Source: Armatimonadota bacterium (lineage in GTDB: Bacteria > Armatimonadota > SYMT01). From it: 64,000 bases of DNA. Positions 10,376 through 18,877 of the stretch are shown here, piece after piece. The translations under genes and the position numbers were made by a program. The stretch's first letter is position 1, and every line of letters begins with the position of its first letter. The stretch is taken from NCBI GenBank assembly GCA_046292385.1, contig JBKBRF010000016.1:66941-130940 (forward strand), written 5' to 3'. Below the pieces are notes generated by a model. That model saw only the letters and a program-made list of their open reading frames with translations. It had not been told where the DNA came from and made no database searches.

Positions 10376-10865
10376 GTTGCAGGTTGGCAGGTTGCAAGTT
10401 CCAGGTATGCCGACCGCTTGCTGTGCTACGCGCCGTGAGAATCTAGTCGGGACGCGCAGCTTCTGCGCGGGGAGTGCTCCTAAGGAGCCCGGAAGCGCTG
10501 CCGGAGGCAGGGCGGGAGGGCTTCACTTGTGACCACCCCTCGGGAGGGGTGGTCGCTTGAGCCGCCCGGAGCGGCCCGTGAACCGTCGTCTCGCTGGAGA
10601 CGCCCCTTTCGGACGCGGAACGCAGCGCGCCGGGGAGCACGCCCGCAGCGCCCGCTAGCGCAGGCGAAGCCGGAGCGTGAAAGGGCCGTGGAGGGCCCCC
10701 CACGTGGGAGGGCCGCTCCGGGTGGGGAGGGCGCGGGGTGGACGCCCGGAGCGATGACGGTCTCGCCCAGAGAATCTTTCTCCCGCCGCAGTGAGTTTGG
10801 TTCCGGCATCGGCCGCGCTCTGGTTCTCACCTGCAACCTGTCAACCTGCAAACCTTCAAACTACA
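10374..10865. repeat. (GCAGGTT)n/(AACCTGC)n arms enclosing a ~430-bp hairpin-rich non-coding core
   Basis: Arms at 10374-10400 and 10829-10865 abut the stops of two convergent genes. Many internal hairpins. Confidence 0.75.
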
Positions 10866-10867
10866 GC

Positions 10868-12781
10868 CTATCGTTCCCAGCCCGGGAGCAGATAGAGCTG
10901 CAGGCTGCGGACGGTGCGGCGGTCGTTCCCCACGTGGAAGTTGAACCGGTAGCTGTCCAGGCGGATCTCCGGGCCGGAGAGGGTATAGCTCCCGCCGCCG
11001 AACCGGTTGAGGTTGAAGAGGTTCGGGGGCCCTTCGCGGTCGCGGCGAAACATCGTGGTGACGTTGCCCTTCTCGTCCTGGGCGCACTGGGCGAGCATCG
11101 CCTCCTGCTTCAGCGAGAAGCCGCCCCAGTGCGGCGGCAGGCCCTGCACCGGGGGGATGTTGACGAAGTCCTCCGGAAAACCGGGGTTCTCCAGCGGCAG
11201 GGCGAGCGCCCGGGTGGCGAAGCGGCGCTGGGACGGGGTCATGGCGGCGACGGGGAGTGTCTGTCCCGCCGCGACTGCCTCCCGCTGCGACGGGGAAAGG
11301 CTCCCCCACAGGCGCAGCGCGTCCCGGAAGCCGAAGAGCTCGCCGGAGCCGTAGGGGGCGGGGACGCCTGCGTCTTGCAGGTACCAGCCCCAGTAGTCGC
11401 TCATCCCGCGGAGCTGCCGGTCGGTGAGCGCCAGCGCCAGCCGGGAGAGTTGGTCCAGGGAGAGCTGCGTCTGGCCGGCCAGCTGCTTGCGGAACGGCCG
11501 CAGCACCCGCTCCGGGACCTCCATGCTCCGGTCGAGCAGCGGATCGCGGGCGCGGAGGAGCAGCAGAGTGCCGTCCTTCTGCCAGGTGTAATCGAGCTCC
11601 TTCGCCAGGTGATTCAGCACCTCGCGAACGGTGTGCTCCTGCTGCAAGAAGGCCGGCTCCAGGCGGGCGCGGACGAAGCTGTCCGCCGCCACTTGCAGCC
11701 CGGTCGCCTGGTGAAGCTGGCGCGCGAGCTCGGAGAGGCGGACCATTCCCCCCGGCCAGCGGCCCAGCACCTGCGCCGTCAGGCCAATCTTCGAGATCGC
11801 CGGCATCGCGGCCGGGTCAGGCAGATCCAGCTTGATCTTCTGGTCCAACACCGGGTCCGGTGCGGGATCCGGGGTGAACGGCAGCACCGGATCCGGCTGC
11901 GGCACCCGGACACCCCAGTTCACCATCGAAGAGCCGGCGGGCTGGCCGTTGACGCCGTTCACCAGGGTCAGGTAGCCGAACACCCGCACCGACCGCGCCG
12001 CCCGCGGCGACTCCCAGGTCGCGTCGCTCTCCTCGATCTGGAAGGAGCAGTCGACGTGCAGCGGGCTGGTATGCGGCCCGGCGCGCAGGGCCTCGGCTGC
12101 TGCGGCCAGCATCGACTGCGGTAAGTCGCCGTGGGTGGTGGAGAGCCGGACGTAGCCGAGGGAGCCGAGCAGGCTCCGCTGCGCGGGGTTGAGCCCGCGG
12201 TAGATCCCAATGATCACCGGCACCGCGCGGCTGTGACGGTTCAGGTCCCGGAGCGCGTCCAGCTCTTCGGAAAGCTCCCGCCGCCGCTCCGGCGCCAGTG
12301 CCTCGTCTTTCAGCGCCTCTTCCAGCTCTCGAAAGCGCCGGTTCCGGTCCGCCTCCGGAAGCGCTGCCACTTGCTGGAGGCGAGACATCCAGACGTCGCA
12401 GGCCCGCAGCAGCCGCGTGGTGAGGGTCCGCTCCCGGCGCGTGACCGCGGGGTCCTGCGCGGCAAGGAACCCGCTTTCGGAGCGGAGCCACCGCAGCTCC
12501 AGCGCCTCTTCCAACGTGCGGAGCACCTCCGCCGCCGGGCGGTCGCGGAGGAAGAGGGTGACCTTGTCGTCCCGCACGTCCGACCCCGCGCGCAGCGGGA
12601 CGCCCAGGCGCCGGGAGAGTCCGGACAGCACCTCGGAAAGCGGGCGGTCCTGCTCCGTCACGGTGAGGCTGCGCTGCAGCCGCGGTTCCGCGGCCAGTAC
12701 GTCCCGTTCGGGCGCCGCCGCGGCGGCAACCGCCAGCGCCAGCAGAAAGGTGCAGGGAAACCAGGCGGTCCGGGGTCTCAT
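10868..12781 (-). CDS. Large secreted hypothetical protein with two STN/secretin-N0-like segments
   Basis: Signal peptide. LTVTEQDRPLSEVLSGLSRRLGVPL...KVTLFLRDRPAAEVL, and a second similar segment LSELARQLHQATGLQVAAD...VREVLNHLAKELDYTW. Confidence 0.7.
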   Translation of the reverse strand: MRPRTAWFPCTFLLALAVAAAAAPERDVLAAEPRLQRSLTVTEQDRPLSEVLSGLSRRLGVPLRAGSDVRDDKVTLFLRDRPAAEVLRTLEEALELRWLRSESGFLAAQDPAVTRRERTLTTRLLRACDVWMSRLQQVAALPEADRNRRFRELEEALKDEALAPERRRELSEELDALRDLNRHSRAVPVIIGIYRGLNPAQRSLLGSLGYVRLSTTHGDLPQSMLAAAAEALRAGPHTSPLHVDCSFQIEESDATWESPRAARSVRVFGYLTLVNGVNGQPAGSSMVNWGVRVPQPDPVLPFTPDPAPDPVLDQKIKLDLPDPAAMPAISKIGLTAQVLGRWPGGMVRLSELARQLHQATGLQVAADSFVRARLEPAFLQQEHTVREVLNHLAKELDYTWQKDGTLLLLRARDPLLDRSMEVPERVLRPFRKQLAGQTQLSLDQLSRLALALTDRQLRGMSDYWGWYLQDAGVPAPYGSGELFGFRDALRLWGSLSPSQREAVAAGQTLPVAAMTPSQRRFATRALALPLENPGFPEDFVNIPPVQGLPPHWGGFSLKQEAMLAQCAQDEKGNVTTMFRRDREGPPNLFNLNRFGGGSYTLSGPEIRLDSYRFNFHVGNDRRTVRSLQLYLLPGWER

Positions 12782-12836
12782 CGCTCGTCCTCCGCACCGT
12801 TCGACGCGGAGGATGAGGAGAGAGTTACGCGTCGAC

Positions 12837-14171
12837 CTACACCAGCTCCGGGAGGGGCTGGTGGCCGACGACTAGCCGCTGCGGACGCTCCGTGAGGTCC
12901 ATGATCTCGGTCGCTTCCACGTTGATGCCGAGGGTGTGGTAGAGCGTGGCGAAGACGTCCCGGTAGTGGACCGGCCGCTCGTCCGCGTACTCGCCGAAGC
13001 GGTTGGTGCTGCCGATCACCTGGCCGGTGCGCATTCCGCCGCCCGCCAGGAGACAGAAGCCGACCTGCGGCCAGTGGTCGCGCCCGCCGTCTTTGTTGAA
13101 GCGGGGCGTGCGGCCGAAGTCGCCCCACACCACCACGCTCACGTGCTTGTCCAGGCCGCGGTCGTGGAGATCCGAGACGAGCGCGCTGAGCGCCTGGTCG
13201 AGCCGCTCCGACTGCGGCCCCGGCTTCGGGTCCCAGAAGCCGTGATAGTCCCATCCGCCGAAGCCGAGGGTGACGCAGCGGACCCCCGCCTCCACCAGCC
13301 GGCGGGCGGCGAGGAACTGGTCGTTCCAGTCCGGCGCGGCGTCGGTGATCGGCTGCGGCGAGCCCTTCCCGTAGCGCTCCCGGACCTTGGGATCTTCCAG
13401 CGTCACGTCGAGCGCCTTCACGAGCTTGTCCGAGGTGAGCAGGTCGAACGCCCGCGCGCTCACGCCGTCGAGCTGGTCCAGCACTCCGGAGCCGTCCACG
13501 ACCCGGCGGTAGCGGTCGACGCTCTCCAGCAGCTTGCGGCGGTGCTGCAGGCGCGAGAGGGAGATGTCCTTCAGCGTCATGTCGGCCATCGTCTCGCTGG
13601 CGGGACGGACCGAGGAGTGCGCCAGGCCGAGGAAGCCGGGGTGGCCGGGGTTGGAATACGGCATGTGCGCCGTCTTCGGGATCAGCTCCACGAACGGCGG
13701 GATACCGGAGGCCTTGGGGCCGTAGAGCCTGGAGAGCACCGACCCGAGCGCCGGGTGGAAATTGTCCCGGTTCTCCGCGATCGGGTAGCCGGTGAGGCAG
13801 AGGTTGGAGGCGTGCTCGTCCTTCGCGCCGACCAGCGAGCGGATGAGGGCGAACTTGTCCATCATCTTCGCGATCCGCGGCATGTGCTCCGAGATCTGAA
13901 TCCCGGAGACGTTCGTCTCGATCGGCTTGTACGGCCCGCGGATCTCTTCCGGAGCGTCCGGCTTCAGGTCGACCATGTCGAGGTGCGGCGGTCCCCCGGG
14001 CAGGTAGACCATGATGATGGCGCGGTCCGAGCTCCGGACGCCGGACTTCTCCTCCGCCGCCAGGATCTGCGGCAGGGAGAGCCCACCCATCGCCAACCCG
14101 CCGATCTTCAAGAAGCTCCGACGGCTCAGGCCGTCACAGAACCGCTGCCGCTCGCCCAGGATCGTGAGCAT
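12837..14171 (-). CDS. DUF1501 family protein (Tat-type signal)
   Basis: SRRSFL, GGPPHLDMVDLKPDAP, ARRLVEAGV, GDFGRTP, GGRDHWP. Confidence 0.92.
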   Translation of the reverse strand: MLTILGERQRFCDGLSRRSFLKIGGLAMGGLSLPQILAAEEKSGVRSSDRAIIMVYLPGGPPHLDMVDLKPDAPEEIRGPYKPIETNVSGIQISEHMPRIAKMMDKFALIRSLVGAKDEHASNLCLTGYPIAENRDNFHPALGSVLSRLYGPKASGIPPFVELIPKTAHMPYSNPGHPGFLGLAHSSVRPASETMADMTLKDISLSRLQHRRKLLESVDRYRRVVDGSGVLDQLDGVSARAFDLLTSDKLVKALDVTLEDPKVRERYGKGSPQPITDAAPDWNDQFLAARRLVEAGVRCVTLGFGGWDYHGFWDPKPGPQSERLDQALSALVSDLHDRGLDKHVSVVVWGDFGRTPRFNKDGGRDHWPQVGFCLLAGGGMRTGQVIGSTNRFGEYADERPVHYRDVFATLYHTLGINVEATEIMDLTERPQRLVVGHQPLPELV

Positions 14172-14264
14172 CGTCTCTTGCCTCGCTAACCGCTCCCACC
14201 TTACAAGCAGGTGCGACACCGCCCGCCGCTGAGGGTTACCACTCCACTTGAGGCAATTCTGTGA

Positions 14265-14874
14265 AACCACGGAACGAGTCCGAACGAACGCGAAGGCGCG
14301 AAGTTCACGCGAAGGACGCGAAGTATCTGAAGAGAACAGTTGTGAACTGTCTGCGATTCCTTTCCAAGCAGCCGGAGGTATTGATGGAGCACTCTGAACC
14401 CATTCGAAAGCGTACCGTTACCTTCGAGCCGGTTTCGCAGCGAGTGATCGGCGCCGCGATCGCCGTGCTGAAGGCGGTGGGGCCAGGATTCCGGGAGGAG
14501 GTCTACGAGAACGCTCTCTGCATCGAGCTTGAGAGCCGAGGGATCCCCTACGAGCGCCAGGTCCAGGTCCCCGTCTTCTATCGGCGTCGAAATGTCGGCA
14601 CGCACATTCTCGACTTGCTCGTCGATAAGACGGTTGTGATTGAGCTGAAAGCAGTCTCCTCGCTCGCAAACCTACACGCAGCACAGGCGGTGTCGTATCT
14701 TCGTGCAGCCAACCTGCGAGTGGGTCTCGTACTGAACTTCGGCGAGACGCCGCTCGGCATCCGGCGCGTGGTTAACCGGTACGAGCCTACTTCTTGAGAC
14801 TGGCCCCACCTGTCCCCCTTCGCGTCCTTCCAGTACTTCGCGCCTTCGCGTTCGTTCGGACTCCTCCCGCGGTT
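14265..14874. mobile_element. Inverted-repeat-bounded cassette carrying a GxxExxY gene
   Basis: Perfect 29-bp IR at 14276-14304 / 14835-14863, plus a 13-bp inner IR at 14311-14323 / 14818-14830. Mobility is inferred. Confidence 0.6.
14384..14797 (+). CDS. GxxExxY protein (PD-(D/E)xK nuclease-like)
   Basis: GPGFREEVYENAL, ILDLLVDKTVVIELK, QAVSYL, GLVLNFG. GGAGGT RBS. Lower GC than the neighbouring genes. Confidence 0.93.
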   Translation: MEHSEPIRKRTVTFEPVSQRVIGAAIAVLKAVGPGFREEVYENALCIELESRGIPYERQVQVPVFYRRRNVGTHILDLLVDKTVVIELKAVSSLANLHAAQAVSYLRAANLRVGLVLNFGETPLGIRRVVNRYEPTS

Positions 14875-14944
14875 CGTGCCGAACGGTTGAGAGATCGTGC
14901 GTGCGGAGGAACCGGACCTGGCTCGGCCGAACCACCATCCGGCC

Positions 14945-16483
14945 ATGTCGCTGCTCGAGCTGAAGAACATTGAAAAGGCGTTCGGCGCCAACCGCGTGCT
15001 CCAGGGGGTTAGCCTGGAGCTCGACTCCGGTGAGGTCCACGCCCTGGTCGGTGCTAACGGCGCCGGCAAGTCTACCCTGATCAAGATCCTCTCCGGCGCG
15101 TACACGCGCGACTCCGGCGAGATCCTGATCGACGGCCGCCCCGTACAGATCCGCAATCCGCAGGAGGGGCTGGCGCACGGCATCGGAGTGATCTACCAGG
15201 AGTTCAACCTGGTGCCGGAGCTCTCCGTGGCGGAGAACGTGCTGCTGGGTCAGGAGCCGGTCCGCCGCCTGGCGGGGCTCCCCCTCCTCTCCCGCGGGGG
15301 CATGCTGGCGGAGGCCCGCGCCCACCTGGAGGAGCTGCGGCTGCCGCTGGAGGTCGATCGCCCCGTCAAGGAGCTGACCACCGGCGAGAAGCAGCTCGTG
15401 GAGATCGCCAAGGCGCTCTACCGCAAGGCGCGGGTGCTGGTGCTGGATGAGCCGACCGCCGCCCTCTCCCGCGGCGAGGCGGAGCAGCTCTTCCGCATCA
15501 TGGAGAGCCTGCAGCAGCGCGGCATCGGGATGATCTACATCTCCCACCACCTGGAAGAGGTGTTCCGGATGGGCGACCGCATCACCGTGCTGCGGGACGG
15601 CCGCAACATCGCCACCTGGACCCGCGGCAGCGTGACCGAGCGCGACCTGGTACAGGCGATGGTCGGCCGCGAGGTTGAAGAGGGCGAGCGCGCCGCGGCG
15701 CAGCTCGGCGACACGGTGCTGGAGACGGAGCGGCTCACCGGCGACGTCTTCCGCGACGTTTCCCTGCAGGTCCGCCGCGGCGAGGTGCTGAGCCTCACCG
15801 GAGCGGCCGGCGCGGGGCAGACGGAGCTGCTCTGGGCGCTCTACGGGGCGGCGCCGGTGCGGGAGGGCACGCTCCGCCTGCGGGGAGAGCCGGTGCGCTG
15901 GCGCTCGCTGCGGCAGGCGCGGAGCGCGGGGGTGGCGCTGGCGCCGGGCGACCGCAAGGCCTACGGCATCGTCCCCGGCCAGACGATCCGCACCAACCTC
16001 ACCTTCGCGGACCTCGGCCGCTGGACCCGCGCCGGCGTGCTGCAGCGGGGAGCGCTCCAGCGCGCGTCGGAAGAGCTGATCCGGCGGTACGGCGTGCGCT
16101 GCACCGGGCCGGAGCAGGAGATCCAGAACCTCTCCGGCGGCAACCAGCAGAAGGTAGTGGTGAGCCGGGTCGCGGAGCGCGGCGCCGACCTCTACCTCTT
16201 CGACGAGCCGACCCGGGGCGTCGATGTTGGGGCACGGGAAGAGATTTACGCCATGATTCACTCGCTCGCCGCGGGAGGCGCCGGGGTGATCGTGGCGACG
16301 CCGGACATCCAGGAAGCGCTGCGGCTGGGCGACCGGGTCGGCGTGCTGCGGCAGGGCCGCCTGGTCTATGAAGAGCCGCGGGAGCGTGCCGCCGAGCCGG
16401 AGATCCTGGCGGCGATCCTGGGCGCGGAGAGCGGAGGAGTGGAGCGAGTGGAGACGGTAGAAGGAGAAGCGACCGGTGCCTGA
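14945..16483 (+). CDS. Sugar ABC transporter ATP-binding protein (RbsA-like)
   Basis: GANGAGKST, LDEPT, second domain LSGGNQQK, DEPTRGVDVGA. Confidence 0.95.
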   Translation: MSLLELKNIEKAFGANRVLQGVSLELDSGEVHALVGANGAGKSTLIKILSGAYTRDSGEILIDGRPVQIRNPQEGLAHGIGVIYQEFNLVPELSVAENVLLGQEPVRRLAGLPLLSRGGMLAEARAHLEELRLPLEVDRPVKELTTGEKQLVEIAKALYRKARVLVLDEPTAALSRGEAEQLFRIMESLQQRGIGMIYISHHLEEVFRMGDRITVLRDGRNIATWTRGSVTERDLVQAMVGREVEEGERAAAQLGDTVLETERLTGDVFRDVSLQVRRGEVLSLTGAAGAGQTELLWALYGAAPVREGTLRLRGEPVRWRSLRQARSAGVALAPGDRKAYGIVPGQTIRTNLTFADLGRWTRAGVLQRGALQRASEELIRRYGVRCTGPEQEIQNLSGGNQQKVVVSRVAERGADLYLFDEPTRGVDVGAREEIYAMIHSLAAGGAGVIVATPDIQEALRLGDRVGVLRQGRLVYEEPRERAAEPEILAAILGAESGGVERVETVEGEATGA

Positions 16484-17456
16484 TCTCTCCCCCGCCGTGC
16501 GCAAGGCTGCGCCGGCTGGCTGGCTGACGCGGGTGCGCCCCTTCATCGGGGTGATCGCGCTGGTGGTCCTCTGCATCGTCTTCGGGCTCCGGGAGCCGCG
16601 GTTCCTCAGCGCCGCCAACCTTTTCCACGTGCTCAACACGATGGCGATCGTCGGCATCCTCGCCATCGGGCAGGCGTTCCCGCTCATCGGCGGCGGGTTC
16701 GATCTCTCCCAGGGAGCGGTCGCCAGCCTCACCGGTGCCGTCACCGCCAGCCTGATGAGCCAGTACGGCGTGCCGATGACGGTCGCCATTCCCGCCGGCC
16801 TCACCCTCGGCCTCCTACTTGGGCTCGTCAACGGCCTGCTGGTGGCGCGCGTGGGGATCAACCCGTTCGTCGCCACGCTCGGCACGCAGATCGCCTTCTT
16901 CGGGCTGACCAATGTCTACGCGGATAACCAGCCGATAGGCATCGGTCCGTCGGCGGAGACGTTCCGGCAGCTCTCCTTCGGCACGCTCGGCCCGTTCACC
17001 TGGGCTTCCCTGCTCTTCCTGGTGCTGGTGGCCCTGCTGGCATTCGTGCTGCGGATGCTTCCGTTCGGGCAGCACGTCTATACTCTGGGCGGGAACGAGG
17101 AGGCGAGCCGCCTGGCGGGGCTCAACACCGCCCGGATCAAGATCGCCACCTACGTGCTCTCCAGCCTCTTCGCCACGATCGGCGGGTTCGTCATCATCGC
17201 CCGCGCGGGCCAGGCGAGCCCGGCGGCCGGCACCGGCTACGAGCTGCAGAGCCTGGCAAGCTGTATCGTAGGCGGCATCGCGCTCGGCGGCGGCCTCGGC
17301 AGCGCCTGGAACGTGCTGCTCGGGGTGCTGACGCTGGGCGTGGTCGAGGTTGGCCTTCAGATGGCGGTCAACGCCCCCAACTGGCGCCCGGTCATCCAGG
17401 GCGGGATCATTCTTCTGGCGGTCGCGGTCGACGCGCGCGCCCGCCTGCGGCGATAG
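16476..17456 (+). CDS. Sugar ABC transporter permease (RbsC-like)
   Basis: GGFDLSQG, PFVATLG, GGNEEASRLAG, multiple TM helices. Confidence 0.95.
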   Translation: MPDLSPAVRKAAPAGWLTRVRPFIGVIALVVLCIVFGLREPRFLSAANLFHVLNTMAIVGILAIGQAFPLIGGGFDLSQGAVASLTGAVTASLMSQYGVPMTVAIPAGLTLGLLLGLVNGLLVARVGINPFVATLGTQIAFFGLTNVYADNQPIGIGPSAETFRQLSFGTLGPFTWASLLFLVLVALLAFVLRMLPFGQHVYTLGGNEEASRLAGLNTARIKIATYVLSSLFATIGGFVIIARAGQASPAAGTGYELQSLASCIVGGIALGGGLGSAWNVLLGVLTLGVVEVGLQMAVNAPNWRPVIQGGIILLAVAVDARARLRR

Positions 17457-17493
17457 GGCGGTAGCTTCCCGACGCGCCGTGCGGCGCACGGAA

Positions 17494-17647
17494 GCGTATT
17501 CCGTATTGCGTATTCCGTAGCGGGCGGCTGAAACGGTTTTCCGGTGGGTCGTGCCGGGCGGATGGCTGTGGGAGCATATCGCCCGGCACGACGTAACGGG
17601 AGACCGCATCGGCGGTTCGCTACGCAATACTCGATACGCACTACGGA
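17494..17647. repeat. ~150-bp palindromic element, (SCGTATT)n-GTAGCG family, copy 1
   Basis: gcgtattccgtattgcgtattccgtagcg ... gtcgtgccgggcg ... cgcccggcacgac ... cgctacgcaatactcgatacgcactacgga. Confidence 0.9.
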
Positions 17648-17787
17648 CTGCCCCGACAACAACCAGGTTGCTCCCCGGGAGGAGCAGCTTTCAGCCTCGC
17701 TGAACGCGACCATGACGGGACCCCGGCGGTTGGCGCGGGTCCGGTCTTTCTTCACGAGCAGTAACGACCACGGAACGGTCCACTCAT

Positions 17788-18795
17788 ATGCAAAGAACAC
17801 ACACTCGCGCGGCGCTCGCCGCCCTCTTCGTGGCCTGCGGCCTCGGCCTGAGTGCCTGCAACGGCAACTCCGCCGAGGGCGGCCCCGGCAACGCTGCTAA
17901 CGGCACCCCCGCCTCGGCCGGCGGCAACGGCAAGAGCTACAAGCTCGCCGCGACGGTTCCTACCTTCAACCACCCGTTCTTCGTCTCCATGAAGCGGGGT
18001 CTCGAGGACGAGGCGCAGAAGGCCGGCTCCGAGATCAGCGTGAACGACGGCAAGAACGACGCCCAGGCGCAGATCTCGCAGATGGAGACGTTCGCGGTGC
18101 AGCAGGTAGACGGGATCATTCTCTGCCCCACTGAGACCGACTCCTTGCCGCCGGGCGTGCAGCACGCCAACCAGAAGAACATTCCGGTTATCACAGTGAA
18201 CCGCCGCGTTTCCGCGGGTGACGTGGTGACTTACGTCGGCGCGGACGACGTCGAAGGCGGCCGGCTCCAGGGCCGCGCCGTGATCGACGCGCTGCCGAAG
18301 GGTGGCAAGATCCTGCTCCTGCAGGGCGTCATCGGCTCCTCCCCGCAGCGCGACCGCGAGGCGGGCCTGCTGGAAGTGCTGAAGGGCCGGCCGGAGTACG
18401 AGATCGTCTCCCGCGCGCCGTATGACTTCGACCGCACCAAGGGCGTTTCCGTGATGGAGACGGCGCTGAACCAGTTCCCGAAGGGCGCCATCGACTGCGT
18501 GGTGGCCCAGTCCGACGACGGCGCGCTGGCGGCCGCCGACGTGGCGGGCCAGCGGGGCCGCACGGAGCTGAAGATCATCGGCTTCAACGGCGAGTCGGCG
18601 GCATTCGATGCGATCACGGCCGGGAAGATCTACGCGACGGTGCTCCAGGATGCGGAGACCCAGGGACGCGAGGCGGTGAAGGCGACCCTGGCCCACCTGA
18701 ACGGCGAGCAGGTGAAGAAGGAGATCATCACTCCGCTCTACCTGATCAAGAAGGACAACATCGGCGAGCACAAGCCGGCGTGGCAGAGTAACTAA
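17788..18795 (+). CDS. Sugar ABC transporter substrate-binding lipoprotein (RbsB-like)
   Basis: Lipobox LSAC, NHPFF, YVGADDVEGG, IIGFNG, ATVLQ. Confidence 0.93.
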   Translation: MQRTHTRAALAALFVACGLGLSACNGNSAEGGPGNAANGTPASAGGNGKSYKLAATVPTFNHPFFVSMKRGLEDEAQKAGSEISVNDGKNDAQAQISQMETFAVQQVDGIILCPTETDSLPPGVQHANQKNIPVITVNRRVSAGDVVTYVGADDVEGGRLQGRAVIDALPKGGKILLLQGVIGSSPQRDREAGLLEVLKGRPEYEIVSRAPYDFDRTKGVSVMETALNQFPKGAIDCVVAQSDDGALAAADVAGQRGRTELKIIGFNGESAAFDAITAGKIYATVLQDAETQGREAVKATLAHLNGEQVKKEIITPLYLIKKDNIGEHKPAWQSN

Positions 18796-18877
18796 GCGGG
18801 TGAACGCGAGAGGGTGAGAGTGGGAGACCCCACGCCCGCTCGCCTCCCTCATTCACCAGCGGAATGGCGCCCCTTCT

